DNA from: Camelus dromedarius
Lineage: Eukaryota
Reading direction: 5' to 3'
Length of the DNA stretch: 64,000 nucleotides
Assembly (NCBI RefSeq): GCF_036321535.1
Contig: NC_087436.1
Span: 20,462,001 to 20,526,000, forward strand
Shown here: one piece after another, positions 24,498-38,202 of the stretch
Layout: each line of letters starts with the position of its first letter
Position numbering within the stretch: the stretch's first letter is position 1
Made by a program: the position numbers and the translations under genes
The notes under the pieces: generated by a model
What the model was told of the DNA's origin: nothing
The model's input: the letters and a program-made list of their open reading frames with translations, nothing else
The model's database searches: none

Positions 24498-25508
24498 TTT
24501 TAGTATATTTATTATATTACTGTATCCACTTTATCTGTATTTAGAAAGCAACTTTGAAAATATGTAAATTCTATAACTCTGTAAAATGCTTGGACTAAAT
24601 AATGTTTTTACTCTAACTTTTTAGAAAATCCCACTTAAAATAATTTTATATTCTTTAACACACTGAATTTCAGTTTTGTATGAGTTAACATAAGTATTCA
24701 AATAAAGGAAACTCCTCTGAAGTTGAGGAAAAGGTACTCTGTGATTATTTAATGGTAAATAGTGTCCTTAGAGTAAATTAAGTTTTTCAGGTGGAATATA
24801 TCACCCTTTGAGATCCTGTTTTTGCTTTTTCTCATTTCATTTAATTGAAGTGAATCTGTCCAATCAGTATATGTTGTTTACATAGTGTCTCTTTTTACAG
24901 TAACAATGTACAATAATAACTGTGGCCTTAACTTATTCCTCTAATTACACTTTCTTTGAGATTCATGAGAAAAATGAATAGCTCTTTAAAAAAAGATTGC
25001 ATCCATTTCTATTGTCCACTAAGTATTATACTCATTTTAGATATAACTGCTAAACTCTCAAAACTTAACCTGAAAGCTTTATTTTCCGATGTTTTAGGAA
25101 TTATAGTAAAGAGGTGTTACACACAAAACTTGTGTGAGATATGACTATGATGCCAGTAGTCCTAAAAGCTTATTTTTAGATCTTTAAACTAACCTTCCAA
25201 GAGTTGAATTTCCTATTTTCTTAAATTAGGAATTGTTTGAAGACATGCAGGTTCTTTAGCAATTATAAATGTTATACTTTGGCTGAATTATTTTATATAA
25301 TTGCTTTTATAGAATTTCTCTTTAGTATTAATCCATAGGCCTACTTTGAGACACAGAAGAAATTATGAAATTTGTTGTTGTAATTCTGTTAGGAGTATTT
25401 TTGAGGATGTAGTCTACCATTTCACAAAATGGCCTTTTTTATACTGATCCAGAGTGAAAATTTCCTTCAGGTCTGAATTCAGGAAAAAGCATTTTAGTTT
25501 TTATTATG

Positions 25509-25535
25509 CACATGCACACACACACACACACACAC
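25509..25535. repeat. (CA)n microsatellite
   Basis: Read directly. Confidence 0.9.
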
Positions 25536-26914
25536 GTTCCTCTGCTCAAGAGGTTTCAACTTCAGGACTTTGCTGGGTATGAAAACCTACCTGTTGTGAG
25601 GGGACAGTGGGTGGGGGAAGAAGTATGTCAGCTCTGTTAGTTACTAGTAGGTGATATTAGCAGTTGCTTCTGTAGTTAAAAATTTGCACATGTGATTAAA
25701 TGGACTTAATGATAGACCTTTGGAATCTGATCTGCTTCTAAGTAGAAGAGCCTCTATACTGTGTCAGAACCAATAATAATATCCACTTTACTTTGACTGC
25801 CAGGAACTGTGGAGCCAAATTTATGACCTACTTAATAACAATTCTCTGTATATTTCTGTGCACTAACTTTACCCTTTATTCGCCACTTATTTAATAATTT
25901 TATGACATATTTCTTATCAGCTGACACAAATCTTTGATAGTGTCCCCTAGCGCAGGAATAGTATCTGTCTTAATCACCCTCATGTCTACGTACCTGGCAC
26001 ATAGGTGCTCAGTTAATATTTGTTCCATTTTTTTTCCCTGCAATGGTCCTTGTATTTATTTTAAAGATAGTGGAAGGGCATCTGTTTTAGCTTTACTAAA
26101 GAAAAGAGTTCAAGGCAGATTAGTTCTTAAACTGATTCTATCCTCGCAGCCCCACTTTCTGGTATAAGCATGTGATCTTAGAGAAGATAATGACTAAAGG
26201 GAATGTAATTTACTTTGGGAGGATCTGGGAGACTCATAACTTGTCTCTTATTCCTGGCCCAAAGTTGATAAGCTCAGGTTGAGTACGATAAGGAAGGCAC
26301 TTTAGGGAAAAAGAACAGCCTGATGAATGAGAAGAAACCTCTGGCTGCCTTCACCTTCGACCTAAGTATTTCAGTAGCTGCGCCACATTTAAGAAAAGAA
26401 AAAGATCGAAATCAAGTCAAAACTATTCTCAGCTAGTTTGTAAAATCTGGTTGTTAAACATTAGCTTTATCCATTCAAAAAATATTATCATTTCTCTGAG
26501 GAAGAACAGTGAAAGGCATTGAGAGGTGTCCCTGGCTTTAAAATACTTTGTATGAAGAGCTGCCTTGTGTTGAGAGAGAGCCTTCAAAGGCAGATATGGA
26601 ATTCAAATTGGAAAATTTTCTGTTGACTAAAATCAGGATTATCAGTGGCATGGAATTATCATGACTCACTGAACTCCATTTAACCTGAAGTTGTAGTCAT
26701 TTGAAACTTGCTGTTATTCCCCCAGAGTCATAGTGGACTTGCCATTGAACGCAGAGTTCTCTAACCTTGGCTTACAGGGGCAAAAACCCAGTCTGTTTCA
26801 TAATCTGCAGTCTGGGTTTTAAATATTGTACTTAAAGTGGGACAGAAGGATGAGACTTAAGCCAGAGGAAGAAACATGTTTCTTGATTGTCTTTGCCACA
26901 TGCTGCTTTAATCG

Positions 26915-27135
26915 TAGGTTTGGAGTCTGTTAGATCAGAGTTGGAATCTTGGTACTATTACTTCTTTATTTTGTAATATAGGGCAATTTCTCTGACCTTT
27001 TGGAGCCTCTGTTTATTTACTTAAAAATATGAGAATCACAATACTTCTCTTGTTTGGGTGTTTGTGAAGATTAAATGAGATAAGCTGTGTAAAAGCATCT
27101 GCAATATATCAAATACATAGTAAGTTTTTCAGTCA
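26915..27135 (+). mobile_element. MIR SINE
   Basis: tttggagtc..gggcaattt..gagcctctgttt..gtgaagattaaatgagataagctgtgtaaaagca. Confidence 0.7.
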
Positions 27136-30100
27136 GTATAAGTTTATGTCCTTCCATCCTTCTTTTCTCCTTTAGTTTTGTAAGGACTGGTTTCTTTATT
27201 CTTACTCATACCAGACTGCACAAGGTTGGAAAGTGCTAGATAAATATGTCTTTACTATGGTGTGTTCTAGTAACAGAGAGTAGATAGGTTGTCTTGGATT
27301 CAATTCCTTACTGCCAGATCTCAGCAAGAAGGGTTTTCTTTTCTAAATTTAATGTTGATATTTTGCATTTCAATATCAGTTGTCCAGAGTTGGATAGAGC
27401 ATGTGTCCTGTGCAGGTTTTCTAGGTTTTTTTTTTTTTTAATCTTAAATTTCCATTGGTATTGGATTAAATATATAGATTTAATCCTTGGAAACTACAGC
27501 ATCAGTAGCATTACTTTGTGGCTTTGGAAAGGGAATAGTTTAGCAATTTTAATCTTTCTAATGTGATCCAATTAGTAGCATAAAATCTGCTGGATCACAC
27601 ATTGATCCACTGTGTTAAAATCTTGGATTTTTCTTTACTAAGATAAGAGCTCACTAATGTGGATACTTCCTTCGATTTTGTACTCTGTTCTTGAAAAGTT
27701 TTGTGCTTATGAGACTTATTTTGATTTATTTGCAAAAATAAACAAAGCTGACTTAATATTGATGGCTCTGAATTCTACTTTTTAGTTTTCATACTTTCTC
27801 TGGAGGATGTAATATTTTAAATTAATATAATAGTTATAGTAATACGTTTATAGAGTAGGGGGTATAAATGGTCATTTTTTTAAAAAAAGGTATTCATGCA
27901 CATCTTAACTGCCATGACTTTTAGCCAAACCAGTATTTTCAAAAAAGCTCTGTCTATCCTGATTTGCACAAATATTTTTATAAACATTTCCACCAAGCAG
28001 TGAATGAAGCCCTGAGAGTCACTCTGACAATCTGAAGGCTCCCGTAGGAGAGACATTGAGAGTAGTATTTGCGTTTTGGAAATGCACAGGGTGTGCTCCT
28101 GTTGGTAGATAGGCTTTTGCTTTTAGGGCAGTTCAGCCTAATGATTGAACAAATTGCTTCTGTTTGAAACTTGTAAAGCAAAAACAGAGGTAATCACAGT
28201 ACAATTTTTGCTAGAACATCTGTTGTTTTGGCTCACCAGATCAGAGAGTTTAAATATGAAAAAGGTTTTCAAGTTATTTTAAAAATCCCTCTTTGCAAAG
28301 AAATTGATACCTTGATACCTGTGGGATTAAGACAGCTTTTCACCTCTTTGTGGCCTGGCATAATCAACAAGACTTTTGGCTTCGGAACTGGGAGTATGCA
28401 TGTGAGAGTCTGGGTGAGTTTGTGTGCATGAGCAGGTAATGTGTGGGTACAGGCCTGTGTGTGGAATATTACGTGTATGTTCATAGATGTGAGAGTACAT
28501 TTGGGTTGGAGGTGAGATAAAAAAACTGGAGTGTTGTCTTACTGTTAATAAAACTTCAGTGTTGATATAATTATATGGATAGCAGAACACTCTTATTCAT
28601 TCATTCATCTTTTTCTAGTTATTGCTAATAATAAGTGGGCATTATGCTTTTGTAGGATGGTTCTGAAGCTTGGCAGTATTCTGTGGTCCAGTTATTATAA
28701 GATGATACTGTGAGATGTTGGGGGACTATCTCATATTTTTTAGACCAAGTGATGTTGAAAGGTCACAGTTCGGCAAATGAGGCAGATCTGATCTGATATC
28801 TCAGTTTTGCCACTTAGTAGGCTCGTCATGCATAGAATAGGGATAATGATGGTTTTTCACTGGATTCCTGAGACACGTAAGATGATGTTTGCAAAGTACT
28901 TTTTCATATTGCCTGTCATATAGCAAGCACTCAATGCAAGTTCTCTTCTGTGGTTTTTAAAAATAAATAATATTTGACAGCTTAAAAATTTTTTGAATAT
29001 TTGAAGTAAAATACAAATAAATTTCCACAGTAGCTTCTTGGGGAGTGGTAGTGCTTTCTGCACCTTGGGAGATATCTTGATAAGAGTACTGAATATTGCT
29101 TTATTAAAGGGTTCTCGTATTCTTTATTTAGTTGTATAAACCATATTAAGCAAATTTAGGTATAATAGCTGATTATTGTTTTTGAAAAGCTTCAACATTT
29201 TTATAATGAACCTCCCTAAAATAGAAGTTACTCTATGTAATTTGTATGTCATAACTTACAAATAAATTCAATTTGGAAAAAAATGTAGAGTTTCTATCAG
29301 ATAATATACCACCAGTTTGGGGAAAATGACGTTACTGTAGCATGTTATTAAGATGAACTTAAAATCCCATTAGATAACCAGTATTTTCATGTTTCTGAGG
29401 TTAATTGGCTGCATTCAGTTATAGATTATGAATGGTCCCACCTGCATAATCCACCAAGCTATCAGGCAGAAAGACCAATAGTTCACAGGATTGATTGACC
29501 TTGTCAGTATAACAGAAACACTTACAAATAAAATTCTCTTTGCCAACAACATTGCAAATGAAAACCCCAGAAAAAACTGTTATGTCCTGTAACTGTCCTG
29601 GAATGCTGTGATTCAGTTAGCAGACTGTGGGTCTGAAGGTGGGTCTTGGTGGGTGGGAGTTGGGGGGAGGGAAATGGAAAGGATAGGAGGGAGAATTTTG
29701 GAGGAAAATTAATCAGGCGAAATGTTAGGAACACAGTTTTAGAAATGATTTTAACCATCTTGAGTCTCCAAAAAGTAGTTTCTGTGAATCTCTGTAAAAA
29801 TAGTGCCTTCAAGTTGGTTTTTTTTTTTTTCACCCTTCCTGTTCTGTATCTCAAGGCCTTTTGTGTAGTTTTGATAGTCATTGGCAGTGAGTTCTTTTCT
29901 GAACACTAAGAGCACATCTTTGACAGAGCACAGTACTGTAATAAGGATGAAACATGTTTGTTATCCTACAGTTTTGCTTTATTTGCATGTTTTACCACTA
30001 TAAGACAAGTATTATCTAGGGCACCATAATATTCTTGATTCTAAAATAGCTTTCTGATTTTGTTTGTTTGTTGTTTGATATAGGTTTGGATTTGTGCCGG

Positions 30101-33100
30101 AGTAGGGGAAGGGAGGAATGTTGGGAAAACACAGAATGAGGAAGAACAGTCACTCCATGACAAATTTTAACAATTTAGTTTTTTTCTCTCTCTTTTTTTG
30201 GGAGGCAGGCGGGGGGGTAATGATGAAGACCTTGTATTTTATTAAAGAATCCTCAAAGCAGTATATCAATCTTTCTTAAAGAATGCATGTGTTTTCAAAT
30301 GCTTTAGGAAACTCAGTGAACCAATATCAGGCCTTGGTCTTTAAAGAAAGGGGAAAAAAAAAAGGAACCTTAGCTTAAAACTCATTTTGGGTAACATGGA
30401 TCTCCAAAATCAGCGCTGAGAAATTGTGCAGCACGTATCAGCCTTCCTTGTAATACTGTAGGAGGGTCATAACATTCCTGCTTCAGTTTCTTTTTTAAAA
30501 AGACATCTTTTACATTGTAAGAAAAAGACAGTCAAATTGTTAAATGGGCTTCAAAAATAGTAATTAAAAAAAAGATTTAAAATGGAAAGAATTGATGGTA
30601 TATTTCACCTAGAGTAAGAAAGACAATGTGTAATAAGGGATTTTGTGGTTTTACAGCTCAGTGCATGTGTTTGAAAGCTGTTCTCTCAGCAACGTGGGTG
30701 GCAGGTTATGCTACCATATAATGTATTGTAGTTGGCTCTCCACACTTGTCAGGGTTAGTGTTCAACCATTCGGAAAATTTTCCCATTGTTCTATCATGTG
30801 AACCAAGACTAGTGTTGAATTCCCAATAACTTTCAAAAAAAAGGTTTAATTAGAAAGTTTGGAATTTGATTACATCTAATTGTTTTAATACAGTCCTGTA
30901 TATTTTAGTATTTTATCTATTATTGCAATTATTTTTCAGACAGAAAATATCAGAATCAAAACTTCATCTTACCCTTTTTTAAAATAGTCCCTGTTTCACA
31001 GAAATTTGTATACTGAATCTTGCCCTTTTTTCTGTCTTAACACTCTATTTCCATCTTAAGCATTTTGCTTTAGATGGACCATGGCTCTTGGCAGCTAGTG
31101 GATTTTTAGCAAATAATACTGTTTCTAGTAAGAGTTGCAGAGAAAAAAAAAAACTTAGTGTGAGGTCCTTGTAAACTGAACCTTTGGAACATTACTTTAT
31201 TTCTCCTCCCCCCCCCTTTTGTGCTTCTTCTCTATTTGTGTAATGGTTATAAATTACATCCTTTGAAAAGAAGAATTAAAAAACATTTGTTTTGTTATTT
31301 TTGCAGTTGATTTTCTTCTTTACCTGTTTTTTTTTTTAAAGATACACAGAGAAATAAGCAATTATGGTATTGAAATTCCATTGTGCCAGCACCTCCAGAC
31401 CATAATCCAAAAAAAACAGAAAACCGCCTGCTGGGTTGTCTGCAGTATGCTTGTGTGAACATCAGTGTCTGCTGTTCACACATCATTTTTTTACTGCAAG
31501 TTCCTCTCGGAATAAAGACTCTGTGTTTTCTGAGTGTAGTGAAACATTTGTTGGTCCTTACATTTTAAATTTCTGAGGAATTCTGTTTATAGGATAAGTT
31601 GTCATAGATGTATGTTACACGATTGTTACTGGCACATCAAGAAGGAGAGGAAAGGCTTATATGTTTATGTATTAGAAAATAATGAAAAACTTTAAATGAA
31701 ATTACGAAGTATTAAAGGTGAGAAATAATGAGCTTTTGTTAAATATATATGAAGGTTTGATTTAAATATTGACTTTTGCCCTTTAAAATCTATTTTATTT
31801 ATAAAGTAAACTGTATCTTGGCTAGATGAATATAAAAATATCATAAATTTGTCCTGTATTTCAGGACAAGTTAAGATATTTGAAATTCAGATCCTTAACT
31901 ATGGTGGCTTCTTGACAGTACTGAGTTAGTAAAATTTTTCAATTGATCCTACATAATTACTCTAATAAGGGAAGGTATGAGAAATAGTTCTGAATCTTTT
32001 GATTAATTTTTTCACTTTTAATCTTACTCACTTCATTCATTTTTATTCTTATTATGCAGCTGGATATCTTATTACACATAGATAGCAAACTTGCAAAATG
32101 TAATCCAGTGTGTTGGCAACCTCAGCTTTTTACTCAGACTTATAAAATATCAAAAAGAGAAAGCCTTTACCAGATTAATAGGGAACTTTAGGTTTAAACT
32201 TGGTGAAATAGAAGTTGATGCCTACAGTCTCCCATAAGGTTTATCTTAATCATTCAACATCATTTGTTTTTTTTCCTTAGAAACTTTCCATGTAGAAGTT
32301 GGTAAAGGAGTAAATACACATTTGCCAAAACTGGGTTTTTATTCACTTCAACTATTATTCATCAAGAGAAGATTTCAGGCTGGTTTGCCTCTGGATTTTG
32401 CTCTGAGTTTCTTTATCAATTAAAATGCGCTTTTACATTTTACAATAATTGTATGAACCTTTTTATTATTGTTTCTTCTGACTATTAGAATAAGATTGCT
32501 GTCTGTCTGAGACCAGTTATTACATTTAGTCTGTAGGTCCTTAGGACAATGATACTTGCTAATCTCTCACATGTTCTCCTCAACTTGCTGCTTATTAGTT
32601 GTCTTAATCTTTCTTTCAGTCCTGTAGATGGAAGAGATTATCATCTAAACAAGATATAGTTCACATATGCCTCCAAGAAAGGGGAGTAAAAGCACCACAT
32701 CCTTAACATGCTAGTTTCTAAGGGCTTACGATGCCCGAGTCTCCTGATTGCCACGAAGCCTAATTGCTCACAGGGCAACCTGGCACGCTGCCATGTCCCC
32801 ACTGGGCTGTTTGTTGGTGCCTGTGAATAGAACAGAGATGTCTTTGCTTTTTCCACTGTCGTCACTGATTGCAGTTGTAGGAAACAAGTTAACATTTTTC
32901 TTAAAATGATAGTAATTCACATCAACATGAAGTCAAGCTTCATAATGTCTAAGCAATAAGTGATGGAATTAATTCAGCGCTTTTAAAATTCAGGTAAAAT
33001 AAAATTCACTGCTTCTTACCCCATGATATTCATTTGTATAATCCACCTTAACGATTCTAGACAACTGTTCTAGATTTGCATAAACACTTTAGAAAGTAAA

Positions 33101-33619
33101 TTATAAGATTATTGTTCTTTGTACTTTTTGTACTTTTATAAACAGAATCTGTTATATATATGAATTACAGGACCAATGGAAATCACAGATCTTGCAAGCA
33201 AAGTGTGTGGGGGACTACTTCAGCTGTTTTGAAAAACCTGTTACTGAGAATTCTAGACATGCTTGCATTTCAATTTTCTGTATAACTAGAGGTGTGTATT
33301 GGGTTTTCACCTCCGCTGGACCTGTAGCAAGAACTTCACTTGTTCCCACTGCCATGCTTTACTTCTTGGCAGCGTGACTAACAGGAAACAATGAGTACTG
33401 TGGGACTTGCACACAGTTGAGTTACTTTCTTCTTTTCTTCGCAATCTCCTCTAAGAGTTCCACGTCTCTTTAAAGCACGTATAGGATTATACTTGAATTG
33501 CAAATATTTATTTCACTTGTACTCATCTCAGAATATATTGTTTTCTTATTTTTATTCCAGAGAGACATACTTAGACTAAAGTTTATTGCTTCTGTGAGGT
33601 TCAGAGATTTGGCAGGGAA

Positions 33620-34165
33620 CTTACTTTCAAGTCCTGGCTTCATCCTTCACCAGCTAGGTGACCCTCGGCCAGTTATATAACCTCTCTCTGAACTGCAGGT
33701 TCCTTAGCTATAAATTAGGGCTGCAGTGTTGGAATGATTAAAACAAATGTAGGTTAAGTGCCTGGCACATGGTAGCAGCTCACTAAATGACAGCTGAAAG
33801 GAGCAAAGCCTTGAAAACCGGTCATGTTTTCATAGGCTGTAAAAGTGTACACTATTATGCTTTGAGTTTCAGCTCTACAGAACTATTGGCTATATATGTA
33901 TATATTTGAGTTGATAAAGGTCCAAGAGCATGGGCTTTGGGGTCATCTGCTGAGGTTTGAGTTCCTGCTCTGCCAGCTTAACCATGAACCTTGGAAAGCT
34001 AGTTTCTATGTGCCTCAGTTTCCTTGTGGATAAAATGAAGATGGAAATAGTCTACCTCACAGGGCTGCTACAAGGCTGGGATGACTCAGTACATGTAAAA
34101 CCCTTAAAACACTGCCTGGCAAAGAGTAAGTGCTCCAAACACATTAGTTGCTGTTAACTGTTATT
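33620..34165 (+). mobile_element. Two MIR SINEs (about 33620-33795 and 33925-34165)
   Basis: MIR core gtgaccctcggccagtta..tctctgaactgcaggttcc; gggctttggggtca..tgtgcctcagtttccttgtggataaaatg. Confidence 0.8.
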
Positions 34166-34539
34166 ATCTCGTAGAAGAGGAAAAACCATAAAGCCAGAAA
34201 ACGTGAATGAAGTAGGTTAATTAAGGGATGTCTCTTTCATCCACTCCTAAATAATTCCCATTACCTTGCTTTCCAGCCCCTTCAGAGCTCCCCATCTCCT
34301 GAAAGTGTACTTAGGATTATATTGCAGCCAGATTTCTACTTTTTATTCACTACTGCCATGGAATTGTGATATCCTTGTGGTAAAAATCTTTAGATGTCTT
34401 TTGATCAAAAAGTATTTATTCAGTTTGTTGCCTGCTTATAGATCTTGCCTTTGTTAGCTTTTTAACAGTCCTTCTGAAGGCAGCTCAATTATGAAAAGAC
34501 CTTTTGAAGACTTCACTGATATACTGAACATTTTTTTCT

Positions 34540-34975
34540 TATTTACTTATGTATTTATTTATTTTTTCTGACTTCATTGAGGTAGTATTGACATACATCA
34601 TATGTAAGTTTTAAGGTGTACAATGTGATGATTTGATATGCATATATACATTGTGAAATGATTACCACAATAAAGTTAATTAATACCTCCATCCCTCACA
34701 TAATTACCATTCTGTGTATGTGGTGATAACATTTACGATTACTCTCTTAACAACTTTCAAGTATATAATATATACGTTATTGTTAATTACAGTCACCATG
34801 TATACATTAGATTCCCAGAACTTATTCATTTTATGGCTGGAAGTTTGTTCCTTTTAGCCAACATCTCCCCCAGTTCCCCAACTCCCAGGCCCTGGTAATC
34901 ACCATTGTACTCCCTATTTCAATGAGTTTGGCATTTTTAGATTCCACATGAGAACATACCATATTTATATTTCTC
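34540..34975 (-). mobile_element. L1 3' end (L1MA9-like)
   Basis: T-rich tail; aaggtgtacaatgtgatgatttgata..tacattagattcccagaacttattcat. Confidence 0.8.
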
Positions 34976-36634
34976 TAAACTTTTTTTTTAAAAGATAATT
35001 GGGTCTCCATGTATCTTTCTGATTCAGTTGGAGTTTTTAAATAAGCAGTTATTCACTCAGTGGTTAAATGATTTATATAAAAAGTATTTTATAGTGATTC
35101 TTTGGTATCTTAAATTCCTGATTCCCTGCCTCTTTTCCAGTGGTCTATAATCCAGCAGTAGGCCATCATTAGATGTATTACTGCCATGTGTACTTAAAGG
35201 CTGTCTTTAACATTTCTTTGTTTTGAGTATTTATTTACCAGTAAGATTTATGGTGATAGAATGACAGTATACATTTTAAATTTGCTGTACCTTAAGAATT
35301 ACTCATGTATGTGAAAAGTCTAAATTTGTAGGTATTTACATAAGGTTTTATCATATCTACCATACATACAAATTCTGTTTCATTTTTGTTCTAGAATAAA
35401 AGGTAAATTAATGTAAAATGTAAGTGAAATACGCATTTGTTTATTTTAGAGCTCATTGAACAGTGAATCATAATATATCTGGAATACTAAACACTGGGAA
35501 AAAGCTAAGCCTCAAATATGGCGCAAAAAATCCTGCAGGTGTGTGCTGGAGTTTCTGCAGTTTTTTCTGTTGTGTGCTTAGTACTCCCTCCTCCCCAGAG
35601 TCCATAAAGCATATGTGTAGTGTATGTGGTATGTAACAGATTTAATGTAAGAAAAGAGAATTTTATGAGCATCCCAGAGCTGGGAATATGCCTTTTCCCT
35701 CCCTATCACAGTCCTTTCTGTATCTTTTAGAGGTAACCATTATCCTAATTTCCTTAGTTTTTTTTTTTAATAGTTTACCACCTTTGCATGTATCCCTAAA
35801 CAATAGATCAGTGCCTGTTTTTGAACTTTTAACTGGTGTAGACTTGGTATTGTCAAATTTTCCCCTTCCTCCTCCTTTTTTTTTTTTTGCCAACTTGATG
35901 AGTCTTATTCTTTAATTTTCAATTATACTTTTACGTTTTTTAAGTAAAGTTTAACTTTTTATATTTAATTTTTTAAGTTTAGGTGTATGTAGGTGTAAAA
36001 TACATACATAGGTTAGAAGTGTGAGGGCCTGCAGCAGCACTTCCAGCCCCGGTACTCCCCACTGCCCCACACCCCTGGCCTCCTCCTTGGGAGCAACTCT
36101 CTTACTCTTTGTTTTTTAGCCCTTTTGGGGTTTTTTGAGGGGGGAGGTATTTGCTCTCATATTCCTAAACGACATATGCACAGACAGCTGTAATAGATAT
36201 ATGCAATTCTAAATAACACATGTGTACATATCTGTATTTAAAGACATGATCTAATGATGTCTTACTATGAAATATCAGCGCTCTGCCCTATAATCCTATT
36301 TCTTTTCTCATGCACTTTCCTTCTCTTCATCTTCCTAGTATAGTGTTTCGTGGTATTTGCTAAATCATTATACATGTTTTCACTGTCATGACCATATAAG
36401 TATTGTTTTTATACCTACGTCATGCTTAAATTTCCTTTTTAGGCATAATTTTATTTTCCTAGAATTAATGATTGCTTCACTTTTTCCTGAATTTTAAAAA
36501 TGTTATCAATTATTGATATATCCCTAAATTCTCTGATTTATAAAATGCCTCTGGAAACATACATACTCTCTGGGTTTCACATGTTTTTTCATGGAAACAT
36601 CCCTCCTGGACCTTGAGTCCAGCTACTGTATCCA

Positions 36635-37748
36635 TGTGTCAGTGGAAGTCCATTTAGAGAAGCAGAGCACCAGTGTCATGTGTGTATGTGCACATCATGA
36701 GTCTGTGTGTATAATGGGGATGGGGTGGTAAATAATAAGAGATTTGTTACAGGGATTCTACCTTAAGCAAGTAGGAGTGGTTAAATAAATTCTGTAAGAT
36801 TGTTGTTTTAACATCTGATACCGGAGCTTGAGGTCAGGAAGGAAGGGCAGGAAGTCAGAAGTGAAGATGGATGTGAAATGGTGGAGAGCAAGGGCAAGCT
36901 GAAACCCGTGAGCACCAACTCGATGAACTGGAATCCATGTCAGTCTCACTGCCTCCGACTTTGGGGGATGCCAGATCCTACAGAAGGAGCTGACACCCTT
37001 CGTCATGGAGCAGACACACGCTCGGCCTATGTGTCCGAGAAGCTGCGGGAGGATCCCGGGGAAGGTGGAACAGTGGTGGGGCTTGCTGCTCCGTGACAGC
37101 AGGGTGTGGCAGCAGATAGTGACAACATGTGTGATCCCTAGTTTGGGGATCTCCAAAACTCGTAGACTCACCTACCTTGAATGTAAAAATCAGAATGGCT
37201 GCTGCTTCACTTCTGCCCTCTAAATCTTGCATGTAAATATCTCCGCTGTGGCACTGAACTAGGAAGGGAATTCTGGGAGATGTAGTTTAGGTTAGCTAAG
37301 TTGGCACATTACAGAGCCACCCAGGTGGCCTTGAGAATGTTTCTCTCAGATGTCTGACCACAGGGCGTAACTGACTGATGGCCCCAGCTGCTGCTCTCTG
37401 ATATCCATCACTGCGTTTGTGCCGAGGAGGCTGTGCTCCCAGTCTTCCGGCAGCCAGTGAGTGAGCACAGCAGAGAGGGGACTCAGGAGTCTTCTGACAG
37501 GCAGTCAGGGCTTAAGGGCTTCTTGACAGCCTTGCCAAACTTTTCATGGACCTGCAGTGCAGTCTAGCACATCCACCCAACCTGCCTTCCTTCCCTTGTC
37601 TCCTCCCCCGGGGCCAGACCTGCAGTGCCGTCTGGCTGCTCTTCCAGCCACCCCTGGCTCCCTCCCTGTTTTCCTTCACAGATGTTTCCCCTAATAAATT
37701 TCTTGTATATCCATGTCTCGGTGTCTGTTCAGAGGGCGTGGACTAACA
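36635..37748. mobile_element. Adjacent ERVL-type LTRs (MLT2-like about 36635-37320; LTR16-like about 37325-37748)
   Basis: GC-elevated block interrupting an old L1; LTR16-like ggccccagctgctgctctctg..cctaataaatttcttg..gactaaca. Confidence 0.6.
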
Positions 37749-38154
37749 GCTATCTTCTTAAGACATCCCTTCAACATCATCTTGGGAACTTCCTTCACCT
37801 TCTTTTTTGGTAGACTCCTTGTTTCCTGGACCCCAGGTCTTTGTCTTTCTTGATTTACTTCCTCTTTTAGTGAAATACATCCTCCACATGGGAGGTAAAA
37901 TTATTGAAACCTCTCATGACTGAAAACTTTATTTTAATCTTACCCTTGAGGGATGATTTGGCTGGGTATGGAATTCTTGTTTGGAAATAATTGTTTCATC
38001 AGAATTTTAAGCACATTCTTCATTGCCTCATAGTTTTCTGTGTAAATGCCACTTTTTATTTTTGATGCTTTGCGTGTGACCTGTTTTTCTCTGTAGAGGC
38101 TTTTAAAATCTTCTTAACTTTGATATTCAGAAATTTTATGAAGGCCGTGCTATG

Positions 38155-38156
<2 letters not shown>

Positions 38157-38198
<42 letters not shown>
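38157..38198. repeat. (GT)21 microsatellite
   Basis: Read directly. Confidence 0.95.

Positions 38199-38202
<4 letters not shown>

Noticed and set aside
36758..37232. Cluster of overlapping ORFs in a GC-richer block
   Set aside because: Lies in LTR-like sequence; no splice or codon support and no recognisable protein.
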